Shown: positions 39,047-52,208 of the stretch, in pieces | Position numbering within the stretch: the first letter of the stretch is position 1 | Layout of the letters: every line of letters starts with the position of its first letter | Program-made: the position numbers and the translations under genes | Notes under the pieces: model-generated | Told to the model about the DNA's origin: nothing | Databases searched by the model: none | Seen by the model: only the letters and a program-made list of their open reading frames with translations | NCBI GenBank assembly: GCA_002633005.1 | Contig: NMRA01000194.1 | Location: 78,983 to 142,982, forward strand | Direction: 5' to 3' | From: Phoronis australis | Taxonomy: Eukaryota > Animalia > Phoronida | DNA length: 64,000 nt

Positions 39047-41939
39047 AAAAAATCACTTATGTTTGTTTAACAAAACTGGGTCATAAAGTGCTTGACACGG
39101 TTTCCTCCCTCTTTCCGAAAATATGCCCTGGCGTTTACTCGGTTTTGCTTTAGGTTGCACAATAGCCACCCATGGGCCTATTTTTGTAAATTCCCGGCAC
39201 ACACTGACCATATTTTTTTAACAGGATATGTTTTCACATCGGTGTGAACTGCCGCACGGGTCGTATTTTGGCGCGTAAAGCGCATAAATGACAAAACGTG
39301 TTTCGTAACTTTATATATATTTTGGCGTATCTTTAGCTTTCTTAAAACTGCAATTACATTGCACACGCATATGGAAAGCTACATTCAGTCATTGCCATTG
39401 GTTGAAATCTGGGGTTACCCTTTCAGTTTACTGTTACGTAATATGGCGACCACCTTTGACTTGAATGGTTGCAATTTATTAAAACGGGCTGTGATCGAAG
39501 TAAACAAAATCAAGTGAACCCCGATCCAGTGGCTTCAGCCCACAACAAGAACTGTACATAAGGCGTGTGCAAATGGTGGCGATGTGATCGGTATACTTCC
39601 GACTAAGGCATACACCGTTATTGATGCCCACACACGGATCTCTGTGTGTCGTTCATCATGTTTCCACAGGGTCACTTTTCAGAATAGGTGGCTCTGTGTC
39701 AGAGGGTAGGAGCTTTGTAGACGCAAGAATCACGTGAGTCATTTGCAGTCATGGCGATATCTTGCGCGAAGTCTTCCGTGGTCGTGTGTTTTCGTGAAGT
39801 TCTTGGGTCTACGGAACGCACGCCTGGGTTGAGTTAAGTAGCTGTCTCGCTGCTAGAAAGTCTAACCCAAATCACGTGTTCTAATTTATAATACACGGTA
39901 ATGTCTCGTGTAATCTTGCGACGTTTTGCTTTTCTGGTGAGGTCCTAGCGTTTTTGGACTCTACCCTGGTCGACAACACCGCACTTTGCTCAGCGCCACC
40001 TTTTAGACATCGAGGAAGGTATTAGCAATTGGCCGAAGTCTTCTGTGGGTTACTATACATTCTGGGAAGAAAAAATTAATTTCGTCATGTCAGTTATTCT
40101 TTAACATCCAGGTGACAATGTTTGGAGATAACACCACCCTTGTTTCATTTTGTAGCATGATGCAAAATTGGTGAAACGAATGGAATAAGGAACTCGAGAT
40201 CCACATGGATACCCAGAAGCAACACCACCAAGCAAAACTATCGTTCACTGCACATCTTCATTAAAGAGCACGCAAGAGGTTCAAAAGTGCCATTTACATT
40301 AGCACAGATATTTTTGAGAGTGCTCCCCGCGTCAGCGCATTCAAGGTTTCATTGACGCACCTTCATTGCTTAATTCGGGCAAACAGGTGCTCCCAACTCT
40401 TGAATAATCTGCACTAAATTCGGTCTCGAACTCAACAAGATGCAAAACAGAAGATCGAAACTGTGATGTCTGCGACCAAAACAACGTTGGCGACATTTGG
40501 GTAACGTACTATGGAAATACGGATCTCAGCGGTGAGCCTATGTGTTTGGTTAAATTGACAAATCACTAAATAAATCGCGTAACGTACTGACGTAGCAGAC
40601 AACGTCACACATATTACAATGCTGCCTCCAAAAAATTTAATCGAAAGTGGCAGAAAATGCTGACGTGACCCAAGGGTTCTCTAGATTTGAGTCCTTGTGG
40701 GTCTAGTCAGCACATTCGTTGACGTCTTTTTTAAAAGCAGTATTCTATTCCATTTTTAAAAAAAGTAATGAAAACTGACCGTATTTTCGTTGAGAAACGT
40801 AGTGTACTACCCTTTGATAACCAAATATCACTCACTGATCTAGTTGCATTTCGCTCCGTTCAGCTGACTATAAAAACGAAAATCAAACCAGGTCTTAAGC
40901 CCTCACAAAATCGTTCTCTACATCTCATCATGTTAGGATTCCAGTGTTTCAGTGAACAACAAGAATATCGATAACATCCGCGACAAAGGACAACGCTTAA
41001 AAGTCTATTGGGTTTGATCAACCTTAAAATTGCGCGTGTACCCGTTGCCTGTGACTTGAATTACCGGCTCAGTCGACAACAATCCGATAATGTTTTGAAC
41101 CCCAAAGTGCTTCAGTTAAGAATTCAGCATTAACAGGGCTAACCAAGCCACTTATGAGGATATAAGAAGTGTTAGTACGACAATTTAAGTGACGTGTTAT
41201 AAAAAAATAGAATGCAGTGTCTGCTGTTAGTTTTTGTTCAAATGATTTTTGCCTCCATCTTATTGAAGTGCCGAAGGGTGATACCTCTGACTTTAGAATA
41301 TGGCATCTCAATTATTTGGGGATTTTATGTTTTCTTGCAGAAGACATTATTAATTCCAAAATCCCTAATTTCTTAAGATTATAAAAATGGCCCCAGGGCG
41401 CACCTTATCAATATTTCGCTGCAATACGAGGAATAAAACATGCATTCAACACTTAATTTGAGAAATGGACTTCATTGTAATTCCATGTGACCTTAAAATG
41501 ATGGTGGATTTTAGCGAATTTTAATAATTCAAATATCAACTTTACATTTCTTCTAAATTAAAACGACGTTAGTGAAAACCATTAAAACATTCGTGCGTCA
41601 TTGTTTCAAAGATTGATTATGATGATGACATTCAGCCTCACTGATCTTGACAAAGTGGTACTTTGATCGTGGCACATTATCAACACGTCTCGCGCTCCAC
41701 TCAACTATTTATGAAAAATAATGAAATCTCATTTGAGCAAAAGTATCTGAGATTATACACATAACTGCTAATAACCCAGTAAATTTCTATTCATTATTTC
41801 TAAGTAGGGATGCGTTCATAATTACTCGGGTGTTGTTAAGTGGGAGCGTAATATCAAATTTTTGCCTTAAAGATAAATAATTCCAGGCGGTCTGGTAACG
41901 GGAATCATTTTATTCTTCATTAATATATAGTTAAAATCG

Positions 41940-42030
41940 AACTGAGGGGATAGAGGCCTGGCTCAAGGGTGTATGCCCTGGTGGAACTCGAACTCACGAC
42001 TTTGAGTAAAGGAAACGGACACTCTAACGT
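41940..42030 (-). mobile_element. tRNA-derived SINE fragment
   Basis: Minus-strand B box GAGTTCGAGTTCC followed by CCCTTGAGCCAGGC, resembling the conserved central domain of many invertebrate SINEs. Confidence 0.5.
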
Positions 42031-44607
42031 TGACTCTTTTTCCTGAAGTTTTTAGTCACTTTCACGAAACAGATCGCAGGACGCAGATAGCATACGCCAG
42101 AACCATCCCAACATACACAGGTTTTATGGTATGTATTAACTTGCAGCATGAAACACGAAATTTGGAATCGTGATTTTGGTACCAGATTTCAGCATGGAGC
42201 TCAGAATCAACCCATGCCATTATCATGGATCCGCCTGTCAAGTGCTGTCTTTTTTAAGACAAGTTTCGTTAAACGCGGCGTTCCATTCGTTTTAGTGGCC
42301 TTCATAGATAAACGCTCTAATTGGCGGTAAGCTGATCTCGCGTTAAGCGTCGGTTGGTGTAAAAGATGAGCCAGGCACATGACAGTGAGGAAATAACAAA
42401 GAGTCAATATTACAGACTTCATATTCAAATCATGTAACGAGAAAATACACAGTGCAATTCTCCAGTGCTTCTTCTCGCACGAGACATCTTCAGAAAACAT
42501 CATATAGATGAAGGACTTGATCACACAAATACATCATGACAACATCCGACCACAAACCACTTAACTTGACAAATAGACAAATAGAGCGATTATCAGTTAA
42601 GGCCATTAAAAACAAATGGAACGTCGTGTTCAACTAAACTTGTTTCAAAGCTGAAGTGATACTCTTTTTTAAGAGTGAAACGTGTTGTTTTCAAAGCTCC
42701 CTCCNCTCCCGCACCCCCCCCCCCCAACCCCCAGGGATCAAATCGAAATTATGTTGTTGGTTGAAACTTCAATTTTTATAATGCATATTTTGGTAACGAC
42801 TATAATAGTTTGTGATTAAATCACATTCGTCATAAATAAAGCCATGTTTTGAGAGGTGAATAACTTAATTTTGATTCGCGTTTAGTTGGGCTCCAGGAAG
42901 CTGACCGTCTGAGGTGGATGTGTTTGGTGCGTTTTTGGTTGCCGAAACTGACAAGTTGATTTAAATATTGAAGTCGAATACAATTTGAATACGGCGTCGT
43001 CTGTCTTTTGGTTGATGCCCAATTTCTGGAGTTAAAATAACACAATTTTTGTTAATATCCATGCCGATGGTGATCATGACGATGACGGTGGTAATGCCGA
43101 TGGATGATGGTGACAATTGTCTTGTAAAATGCCACGTTTTTATAAAATGATCCCTGAAGATCTTAATAAACCGGGATCCCAGAGCTTTTTGGGCATGAAA
43201 AGGTAACCAATTTTCTTTGGTGCCACAGTGCTCTATGGGTATCCTGATGCTTGGAAATGACCGTCTGGCAGGTTCGCTCTGGTTGGTGTGGTCAGGGGAG
43301 ACAAGAGAATGACACTCGAAAATTGAGCTAGATCAACTTTTCTGGTAACCACTTCAAACTGCCTTGGATAGCTACTACGTAATCCACTGTATCAAAATTG
43401 GCCACTGCCACACAATTTCAGTGGTGGGGACTACCCGCCAGACGAACATACACAGGGTACAAAAATTGAGCTAGATCAATCCAAGAGGTAACCGCTTGAA
43501 ACCAGTGGCAAAATATTCACCGTAAGCCCAGGTATCACGAATGAACACTGCCAGACAAATCTAGTGGTGGGTTACCCCAGCCAGACACGCCCAAATAAAA
43601 GAATTGAGCTAGATCAATCCATCAGGTAACCGTTTGAAACCAATTGCACGATGTTCAGCATCACTGAACATGGCACAAAAGTTAGATGCCAGACAATTTC
43701 TGCGGTGGGGTGCCCTTGCCAGACGATTATCAAAAAGGGCTAAAATTGAGCTAGATCAATCCAAGAGGTAACCGCACGAAATCAGTTGCAAAATATTCAC
43801 CGTATCCCCGGGTATAACGAATAAGCATTGCCAGACAAATCTAGTGGTGGGTTAACCCCGCCAGACATGCCCAAATACCCGAGTTGAGGTAGATCAACCC
43901 ACCAGGTAACCGTTTGAAACCATTTGCATAATGCCCAGCAACACTCCACAAGCAACAACGCTGTGAGGCAATATCAAGTGGAGATTTGGTGCATGCCCGG
44001 TTGACCTTTTATGAGATGCCCCACTATCCCTATTCAAATGTACATACTCTAGTAATAATAAAAATAAATTGGTGAAACATAAACAAGAAGCTTTTTTTAG
44101 TTTAACTGCAAACCAGTCACGATTTCCAAAAAAAGATGATGCAAAATGATTGCATACCCCCTCACCCAACATGAATTCTTGGGGCCGTCGCAAGGATGAT
44201 TGAGCACCGCATACCATGTCTATAATTAATCAATTTGAACGTGTTTTAATTGCACCATGAAGACATAAAGCGAACAGTTCTATTATCCGAATGTCTGTGT
44301 CGGGCAAATAAAATGCTTATCAAACTAACTTAATTGAAAAACTATTAGGACTCGTTATTCCCGAGCAATGTGAATAACAAGTTTGCAACATGAACAGTGT
44401 ATTATATTTACGTTACAGCTTTAAGACGACTATATGAAAAAATGTCAGGTGCCATAAAGGTTTTTTCACCCTTTTTGGAGAACACCATACATGGATAACA
44501 AACACAAAAATATAAAAGGAGACTTGTTGCTATAACCAATATTCATCTCATTCCAATGAGCCAACTTATTCACTGTGCATGTTTTAGTCAAATCCAAAGG
44601 GCCGTAA

Positions 44608-47600
44608 TTAATCCTCTTCATCAGAGTCGGAGTCTTCACTCCATGGATCATCTTCGAAATCTGACAGTTCTTCAGAAGAACTATCTCTAATGCTTCTTTT
44701 TTAATCATTTTATTTCTAAATACACTAATATTTACAAACAATAAGATCTCTGCAAATGAAACACAGGCACACACACACGCACGCACACATATCTAAATTA
44801 CAAAAATTCACGGTTGGTCTAAAATAAATAGGCATTGATGGTTTCCCAAAAGGCAGTTTTGCGGGGTTGTATATTCCTTACTTTACAGTAATTATACAAG
44901 AAACATTGAAATTGTGAATATTTAGGAATAATCTGGCTTCTAGAACATTTATGGATGAAATACTGGCAAAAAGTTAATATGGTATTGATATCTTCAAAAT
45001 TACATCCAAAATATGCTGTCACAATAACATTTCTATCCAAGACTAAATCGTGTTGTGTAGTTACGTAAATTAAAAGTTTCTGAATTTCACACCACAAAGT
45101 TTTCACAGAACCACATTCCACAAACATATGGTTAAAAGTCTCAACAGTTCCACAAGATGCACACTTGTCATCACTAACTATCTCTAATGCTGGTTGCTTC
45201 ATTCCCAAGGTTACTGCTGTTGACTTCTGCATTCGAACTGAACAATATGTCAGGAAGAATGGACCCCTAAAACCAAACTGGCAGAAGTGTGTGAGTTTCA
45301 GTTGCATGCCAACCATAATCAGTTGGTGTCAGTCCATCCCCGGGATATGCTGTCGCGGCACGGGTCCATAGCGCTGTGACGTACTGCGTTCGGCGAATCT
45401 TTATCTGCAGAGTACGGAGACAAGGTGGGAGCAACCCACAGTCAATTCGTTTTAAATTTGCGAGTGGATTCTCCTGAAAGGAAATTAAAAAATATAAGCA
45501 TAGCTGACTTTGATGGTATTTAAAAATTATCAGGTTGAATATTAATATTGTTTACAAGTTATCACTACATACCTCAGCAACTTTGCCAGTCATGTCCATA
45601 AGTTTGACGAACTGGGCCTCGTTAACATCTTTGAGCTTACTTTTTGCGTACATGTGACATACGAATTTAGCGACTAAGCCGACATCGATGCTGCCATGCA
45701 CATCTCCACAACTAGTGAACATATTGATGAACCTTCCATCACTTTCAGTAATGTCCAAGGGTTTGATTTTGCCTTTTCTAGAAAATAAGGAATGACGTAT
45801 ACAATTAATTCATAACAGAAATCTTTTTTTATTTAAAGGAGGCAACCGTTATACGTTACTTAGACTTCATTTACATGGCAGACGTAATCACAGCAAATCG
45901 AATTCAATCAATTCTCCTCACTGTAATCGAATTCATTCAATTCTTGTCACTACTGCAATAATCAAGATTTCGATAACATACCTATTAAAGGCAGATGTGT
46001 ATTCACATTCAAGGCATGGTATCCAGGCATTGCTCTGGGAAGTCCGTACTTGCGCTCTTCAAGAACGTTTGCTATATCGGAAATGTTGATAAATCCTCTG
46101 TTACTTCCCATCCCACAGTCCATGACAACGTTGGTCGTGGATCTTATTTCTCGTCGATGTTGTCCAAGTGTACCAAGCAAGATTATTAAAACATCTGTAT
46201 CTGAAGCCCTCACCATAACATGACCGATTGAAATGTTTGCGACGTGGAACGCAATCAGCGTATCCGCTTCCTCGTGGTCACCTTGGAGATGGGCAGGTTT
46301 TGTCACCATGATTTGCTGGTTATCGTCGGGAAAGAACTGGTAGCAGTCACCACCGTGGGAAACAAACAAGGTTCTCCCACCAAACTAGGCCAATAATAGT
46401 CTTTTCTCCATTCCGTCAAAAGGAACTTCGCCAGTTCATTCTTGAACGCGCTGTTCTTCAGAAGTGTTTATGAGCTCTGTCGCCTAGTTTGATCAGGCCC
46501 TGTTATGGCATACATGTCGTGCAAATGTCCTAAGTTCACTTACAGTCATTGCCCTTTGTGTCATAGAGAGGGACCATCGACGCATTGCGTTCTCTGAGTT
46601 GCGGAAAGCCACTATCCCTGTCATGCTCGATGCTGCATCCCTGTTGACGGACTGTTCCAAAGAGAGGTCAACAGCCGATCTTCTGAAGTTGTTCCTAGTA
46701 CGTCGCACTGAAAACGCTCCGTTTTCCAGCACTTCGCGCAATTGTGGGTCTGCAAATTTCTATTTTTGGCATAGTTTGGGCGGTTCAGGGCAAAGAATAC
46801 ATCTAGCATTGTCGGGAAAATGTTGATATAACCACTGACGTCATTGGTCTTGACGCATCTCTGGAGTTCTCTGTGCGCGCGGTTTATGAGAAAGATGTAG
46901 GTTGCCCAAAACTGAGCAGTTTTGCCATATTTGCCATTAATCACTGTGTGAAAGAAATCTTCATACTTCTGGAGATGCTGAGTGATCACATGATCATCAA
47001 GGTTTGCCTCTGTTTGTTCGTAAGGAACGATTCATATTCCTCCGGAGCTAAGTAATGCAGAAATGTTTCGTACATCTTGCCCTCCAAAACGTTAGCAAGA
47101 AGCTCGTGAACCGGAGTGCACCTGTTGTAGAATTTTCCTTTAATGAAGCCCATCATAGACCCTTCTGCCAAGATACCAGTCTCTCAAAGTAGGAACTCTA
47201 TGCCACTTCTATTTATCAAAGTTCCCACAGCTCCATAAAAAGCCAGCTCCGTATGAAAATTACCGAGCATTATCAGCAGCTTATCAAACAATGGTCTTTC
47301 AAGTTCTTGTATTGCATAGGCTTTTAAAGCAACTGTCAAGTTATATGTGACAACTGCGTAGTCTTGCTCAGTCTCTCTGGCTGCATTCATCGTGCAGATC
47401 ATAGTTTCTTTAACAACATCGTTGTTGGTTGGTGATTTTGAAATGGGGTCCATGTAACAGATCCTTTGAAGAGGCAATGGGTCCCGTATGTAACTGCTCA
47501 TAAATCCAGCATGCAGTGGAGTGTTACCTTCCCTTAGTTTCAAAAACCAGTAGAGATCCAACAAGTTGAGCTGTATGTTCTTGTAGTTTACTTTAGTGCC

Positions 47601-49050
47601 TCTGACAAAATTGTCACGTGTTTGAGCAGAGTTTATGTTGATACTTGAAAAAGTAACATCCTTAAGAGATTTTCTGAACGGCCGCACTTCGCGCTCTACC
47701 CCCACAATCTGTCGGCGATTCCTTCCTTCTCGAAACAACAGTGCAGCAGAAGAGTCTTCCCTTTCTTCTTCCACCGCATTTTGGTAGCTATGACCAACAG
47801 TTGCGTGCAGTGTTCACATGCCATCTAATGTTTCGACGTGTGCGTCATTGTTATCCCAAACAGAGGCAGTGGCTAGATTTGGAAGGAGTCGAATACCATC
47901 CGGTGCTTCGCGTTCATACGACTCTATGGAATACGTAAACTCAGTCTCAAGGCCTTTGCTTTCTTTGTAGCCGATGGAATGTCCTGCTCTGTTAAGAATC
48001 TGCAAAGACAGTTTTGAACCAGTCAGAGAAGACAGACCAAGTCCCAGGGACGTGTGCTTCCACGGCCTCACATTACCACGGGTAACGTTGTAAATGGCGT
48101 CAGATGCCATTGCGGTGACTTTGGGTCTATGGATTCTTTTTGAGAGTTTGAGGTTGTAATGCCACCGAGAAGTGTTCGGTAGAACAGTTCAAGTTGCTGC
48201 GGTATCTTTGGTGCACATGATTTCAAATTCTGCACTGTTGTTGGAATAGGTGTCTTTGACTTAGGCAGTTGCAAGATTTGAGATCGAAGATGAAGAGCAG
48301 CCCATCTCAGTTTGTCATTTTGGTAGTTTTCTTCAGTTTCACCTTGCTGCTGCACTAATGCATCTTCCTTTGTTACAGTGGAGCTAAAAATATAATTCCC
48401 TTTCCGTTGATTTGACAATCTCACTTGAATTCTGCCTCCAAATTGGTCTTTGATTTCTTAAGGAGATTCTGAGTTGTGTATGCTGAGACATCAGCTTCTC
48501 TCCCACCATTACTTACATACTCTTCTTTGTACAAATCTAGCAAAGTAGAGAGAAGTAATGACCGCCGGTTTTCAAGAACCTCAATGGCTTTTCCCACAGA
48601 ATATGCAAGAACCTTTCAACATGCCCTTATCATCGGACTTTGGGAGGGGATTGCAACGTCTGGTAACAACACAAGCCATTTTACTAGGAGTTGTGTGGTC
48701 AACTGACGGTGCATCTCTTGGCCGTTTAACAGCAGTGTATTTTCTGTGACAGGATGGGTGATAGCGAAGATATAATTCTGTTTCACTATAGGTTCCGCTA
48801 TTCTTTGCGTAACAAGGGAGTATTTGCCACATTTTAATTTTTTACGTAGAGTAGTAACGTTCTTCAGTGTTGACCAAATGTTTTCGTTGAAAGTTTTCAA
48901 CTTGCTGTCCTCGCCAGTTGATGTTTGGCAGATGAAGCAGCATAAATTACCTTCGCTTTCAAGAACCTGTAATGAAAAACGTTTATTTGGTTTAGGTTGT
49001 TTTGTTTTCTTTATACATATGTCAGTGTCATTTTGCCCTAAAGAACGAAA
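44608..49050 (-). pseudogene. Academ transposase pseudogene with two GT-AG introns
   Basis: Motifs YHPSCHRKYT, CIFCG, WDNND..VETLDG, VVTYNL..ALKAY, MLGNFH.ELAF, DLSLEQSVNRDAAS, HEEADT, ASDTDV, TSAFNR|KGKIKP, LLPPC and an acidic tail ending at 44608. Introns at 45778-45981 and 45474-45572; frameshifts present. Confidence 0.85.
44695..45175 (-). mobile_element. 3' fragment of a Tx1/L1-group LINE inserted in the Academ coding tail
   Basis: C-terminal CCHC segment KCASCGTVETFNHMFVEC..V..LW, then AATAAA and a short A tail. A 16-bp TSD AACTATCTCTAATGCT lies at 44679-44694 and 45176-45191. Confidence 0.85.
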
Positions 49051-49051
49051 C

Positions 49052-49602
49052 ACGGTCTGCCCACTGTTCCCCTGTCACTACGATCCCTGTCCCTCTGTTC
49101 CCCAACCAATATTCCGCTGCCCAATGTTCCCCCGTCCCCATGTTACCCCATCCCGACGTTACCCTGGTCCTATATTACCCGGTCTTGTTCCCACGTATCG
49201 GTGTACGTTAATTCAATTTCTGTGTTTAAAGGGAGCATTTGCATACAGAAAAGCAAGTAAAGCAATTTATTGATAATGACAGACCAACCCAGTTTGTTTG
49301 TAGATAAAATCACATCTTGATAATGTTTATGATTGGCCAGAATCCTAGCGCTTTTCAGTCGCAAGATCTATAAATCAAGTAATCAACGCAAGGAATTGAT
49401 TTCCGATGTACATAAAATGGGTGCATGCGAGGGAACATGGGGGCAGGGGAACATAGCGACATATGGACTGGAAAAACAGGTTTTGGGGGAGAATATAGGG
49501 TCGGGAGAGGATCGGCGCTAGGAAACATAGGCCCGAGAAAATATCAGTTGCGGAATATAGAGTCGAGGTAACTCAGGGACCGGAAAATATCGATACGGAC
49601 CC
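49052..49602. mobile_element. MITE with about 15-bp subterminal repeats
   Basis: The left side has tandem TGTTCCCC-type units and the right side has complementary GGGAACAT-type units; ends are GGTCTG and CGGACC. Confidence 0.55.
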
Positions 49603-52208
49603 AGCAAAACGACGGTCAAAATGAACAGAGCTTTCATTAAATAGTAAAAACTGCATGTCACAGGGCACATGTGAAGGTGGATTTACCAAGAAAAAATAGC
49701 TTGGGTCTATGACGGGCTTTCTAATTGTAATCCACCTGTTTGAAATCACGCAACTACTTGGCAGTCAACACTCATGAACAATTATATTAGAAAGCTACTC
49801 ACCGATAATTGTCAAGAATCTCCAGAAACCTCCGTTGTTTTCAGCTTTCAACGCCCATGTCAAATAGCTCGTCGTGGTTAAGCACGTGTACAACGGAAAT
49901 GACGGTAGTTGGTGCGCACACATAACGCAGATGGCAGCAAAAGACGCCATTTCGATTATTCCTCGTTGTAAGAGTTACATCAAATGAAATGTGGATTTGG
50001 GTAAAATTCGTCCGAAAACAGGGGGACGTACTTAAGACTGGTAAAATGGGACGGATTTCTATGTTCTATTTTTAATTGTGAATTAGAATGTATCATGTGG
50101 AATATTCCGTTGTTGTTGCGTAGACTTGTGAGGTCGCTCCAACCGATCAGGCGAGATTTTTCTGATTTTTCATGCCCTGACATAAATTTGCAGACAAAAA
50201 TCTCTCACCTTATGTAAAAAGTGCTTGGTTCCTCAACTTGGTGCTTATTCAGTGTAAATGGGTTTATAATGAATTTTGTTTCTACTCCTGCCATCTCGCT
50301 GTCGCACCATGTACAGTGAAGCTGAACATCGTGCAATTGGTTATCAAACGGTTACCTGGTGGGTTGATCTACATCAACTCGAGTATTTGGGCGTGTCTGG
50401 CGGAGCTAACCCACCACTAGATTTGTCTGGCAATGCTTATTCGTGATACCCGGGGCTACGGTGAATATTTTGCAACTGGTTTCGTGCGGTTACCTCTTGG
50501 AATGATCTAGCTCAATTTTACCCCTTTTTGATAATCGTCTGGCAAGGGCACCCCACCGCAGAAATTGTCTGGCATCTAACTTTTGTGCAATTGGTTTCAA
50601 AAGGTTACCTGATGGATTGATATAGCTCAATTCTAGTTTTTGGACGTGTCTGGCGGGGGTAACTCACCACTATTTTTGTCTGTCAGTGTTCATTCGTGAT
50701 ACCTGGGCTTACGGTGAATATTTTGCCACTGGTTTCAAGCGGTTACCTCTTGGATTGATCTAGCTCAATTTCTGTACCCTGTATATGTTCGTCTGGCGGG
50801 TAGTCCCCACCACTGAAATTGTCTGGCAGTGACCAATCTTGATACAGTGGATTACGTAGTAGGTATCCAAGACAATTTGAAGTGGTTACCAGAAAAGTTG
50901 ATCTAGCTCATTTTTCGAGTGTCATTCTCTTGTCTCCCCTGACCACACCCACCAGAGCGAACCTGCCAGACGGCCATTTCCAAGCATCAAGATACCCATA
51001 GGGCACTGTGGCACCAAAGAAAATTGGTTACCTTTTCATGCCCAAAAAGGCTCTGGGATTCCGGTCTATAAACTTAAATGTGGTGTAGTTGAGTGCGATC
51101 AGCTTAACAACGTAGTGAGAGTTCATTTTTACAGCCACACATTTCGTTTGTGAAGGTGTGTGTGATTTTTTAAGCCACAAAGTTTTGTGGTTTGCCGTCT
51201 TCAACTGAAGTTACATTTTGCGTCATTTGTGGCATCTAAGAAACAAATATAAATAAATGAAAATCATCCGTCTCATTTTTTGATTATACTGCCGTGTTTT
51301 CCTAAAAGAATTACTTTTTTAAATATATGATTTCTGAACTGTCTTCACCGACGCCAAAAAATTGAAATGGACGCTAACATTTTTAAAAGGTAGGTTCAGT
51401 GGACCCCACTGTTCTGGTCGCGTAGGGTGAACAGAAGATTTCATGAACAATAAATCTTCATTCAAATATCATTAAGGTGATTAGGACCGTAGAAAATGTC
51501 CAAAATTTGGCTAATTTCAGAATACCATTTCTTAGAAATGGCTAATCGGATTCACGTGAAATTTCCAGATGCTAGACTTAGTTGCATGCGTGTACAAATT
51601 GAGACAAACGTCCACTAAAAAGGCAGAATCTACCAAAATTCGGCGAATGCTTAATTCACAGCTCTGAAAGTACCCCGTGAATTTTAGTAAACGGTCCACA
51701 TTCTCAAAACTTCGAGGCCCCCCCCCATATTTAGGCTGGTGCGCGCATGAGTTGTTAAAAAGTGTTTTACACTATTGTATGGGAGGCAATCAAAACTGGA
51801 ACTTTTTTATGAAGTCCGTGAAAAGCTCAAATTGCATAGAACGAAAACGAAATAACAATTTAAAAAATGTAATAGTTTTTGAGGTTTTGTTAGGAACAGC
51901 AGCTATGTCAAAGAAGTTGTGATTTTTTTATTGATTCCGTTGTTTTAGTTGTGAATTGATCTTTCCTTTTTTGCTAAAACTAAAACATAAGGTCACGTGA
52001 CCCAATGTATGAAGGATTGGCAAAAGGTCAAAAAACAAACTCAACTTACTTCATACTTTCAGAAAATACAAACTCGTGCTGTCCTACATAACCTTAATCC
52101 CCTAAACATGAACTCGTCCTAGTCATCTCCCCTGCGCTCCAGACTTCCAGTTGTCCTATAAAATCCAGGTGTACAAAATCGCCGGACTGAAAACACTTGC
52201 CGTCAACG

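Larger units (their letters stand above)
43167..51068 (-). mobile_element. Academ (AcademX-type) DNA transposon with about 750-bp modular TIRs
   Basis: Termini TAAACCGGGATCCCAGAGC and GCTCTGGGATTCCGGTCTA with a TAA TSD (43164-43166, 51069-51071). The TIRs (43167-~43930 and ~50330-51068) are closely similar. Confidence 0.92.

Noticed and set aside
40150-40530. Very old reverse transcriptase remnant
   Set aside because: Weak resemblance (KFGLELNK, HLGNVL) without recognisable QG or YADD motifs.
43321-43930. CRISPR array
   Set aside because: Eukaryotic context with no cas genes. The spacers are homologous to each other, and the array is mirrored as a transposon TIR.
52197-52208. TTG start for the second GPCR
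   Set aside because: This is a eukaryotic gene, and the ATG at 52209 aligns with the paralogue's start.
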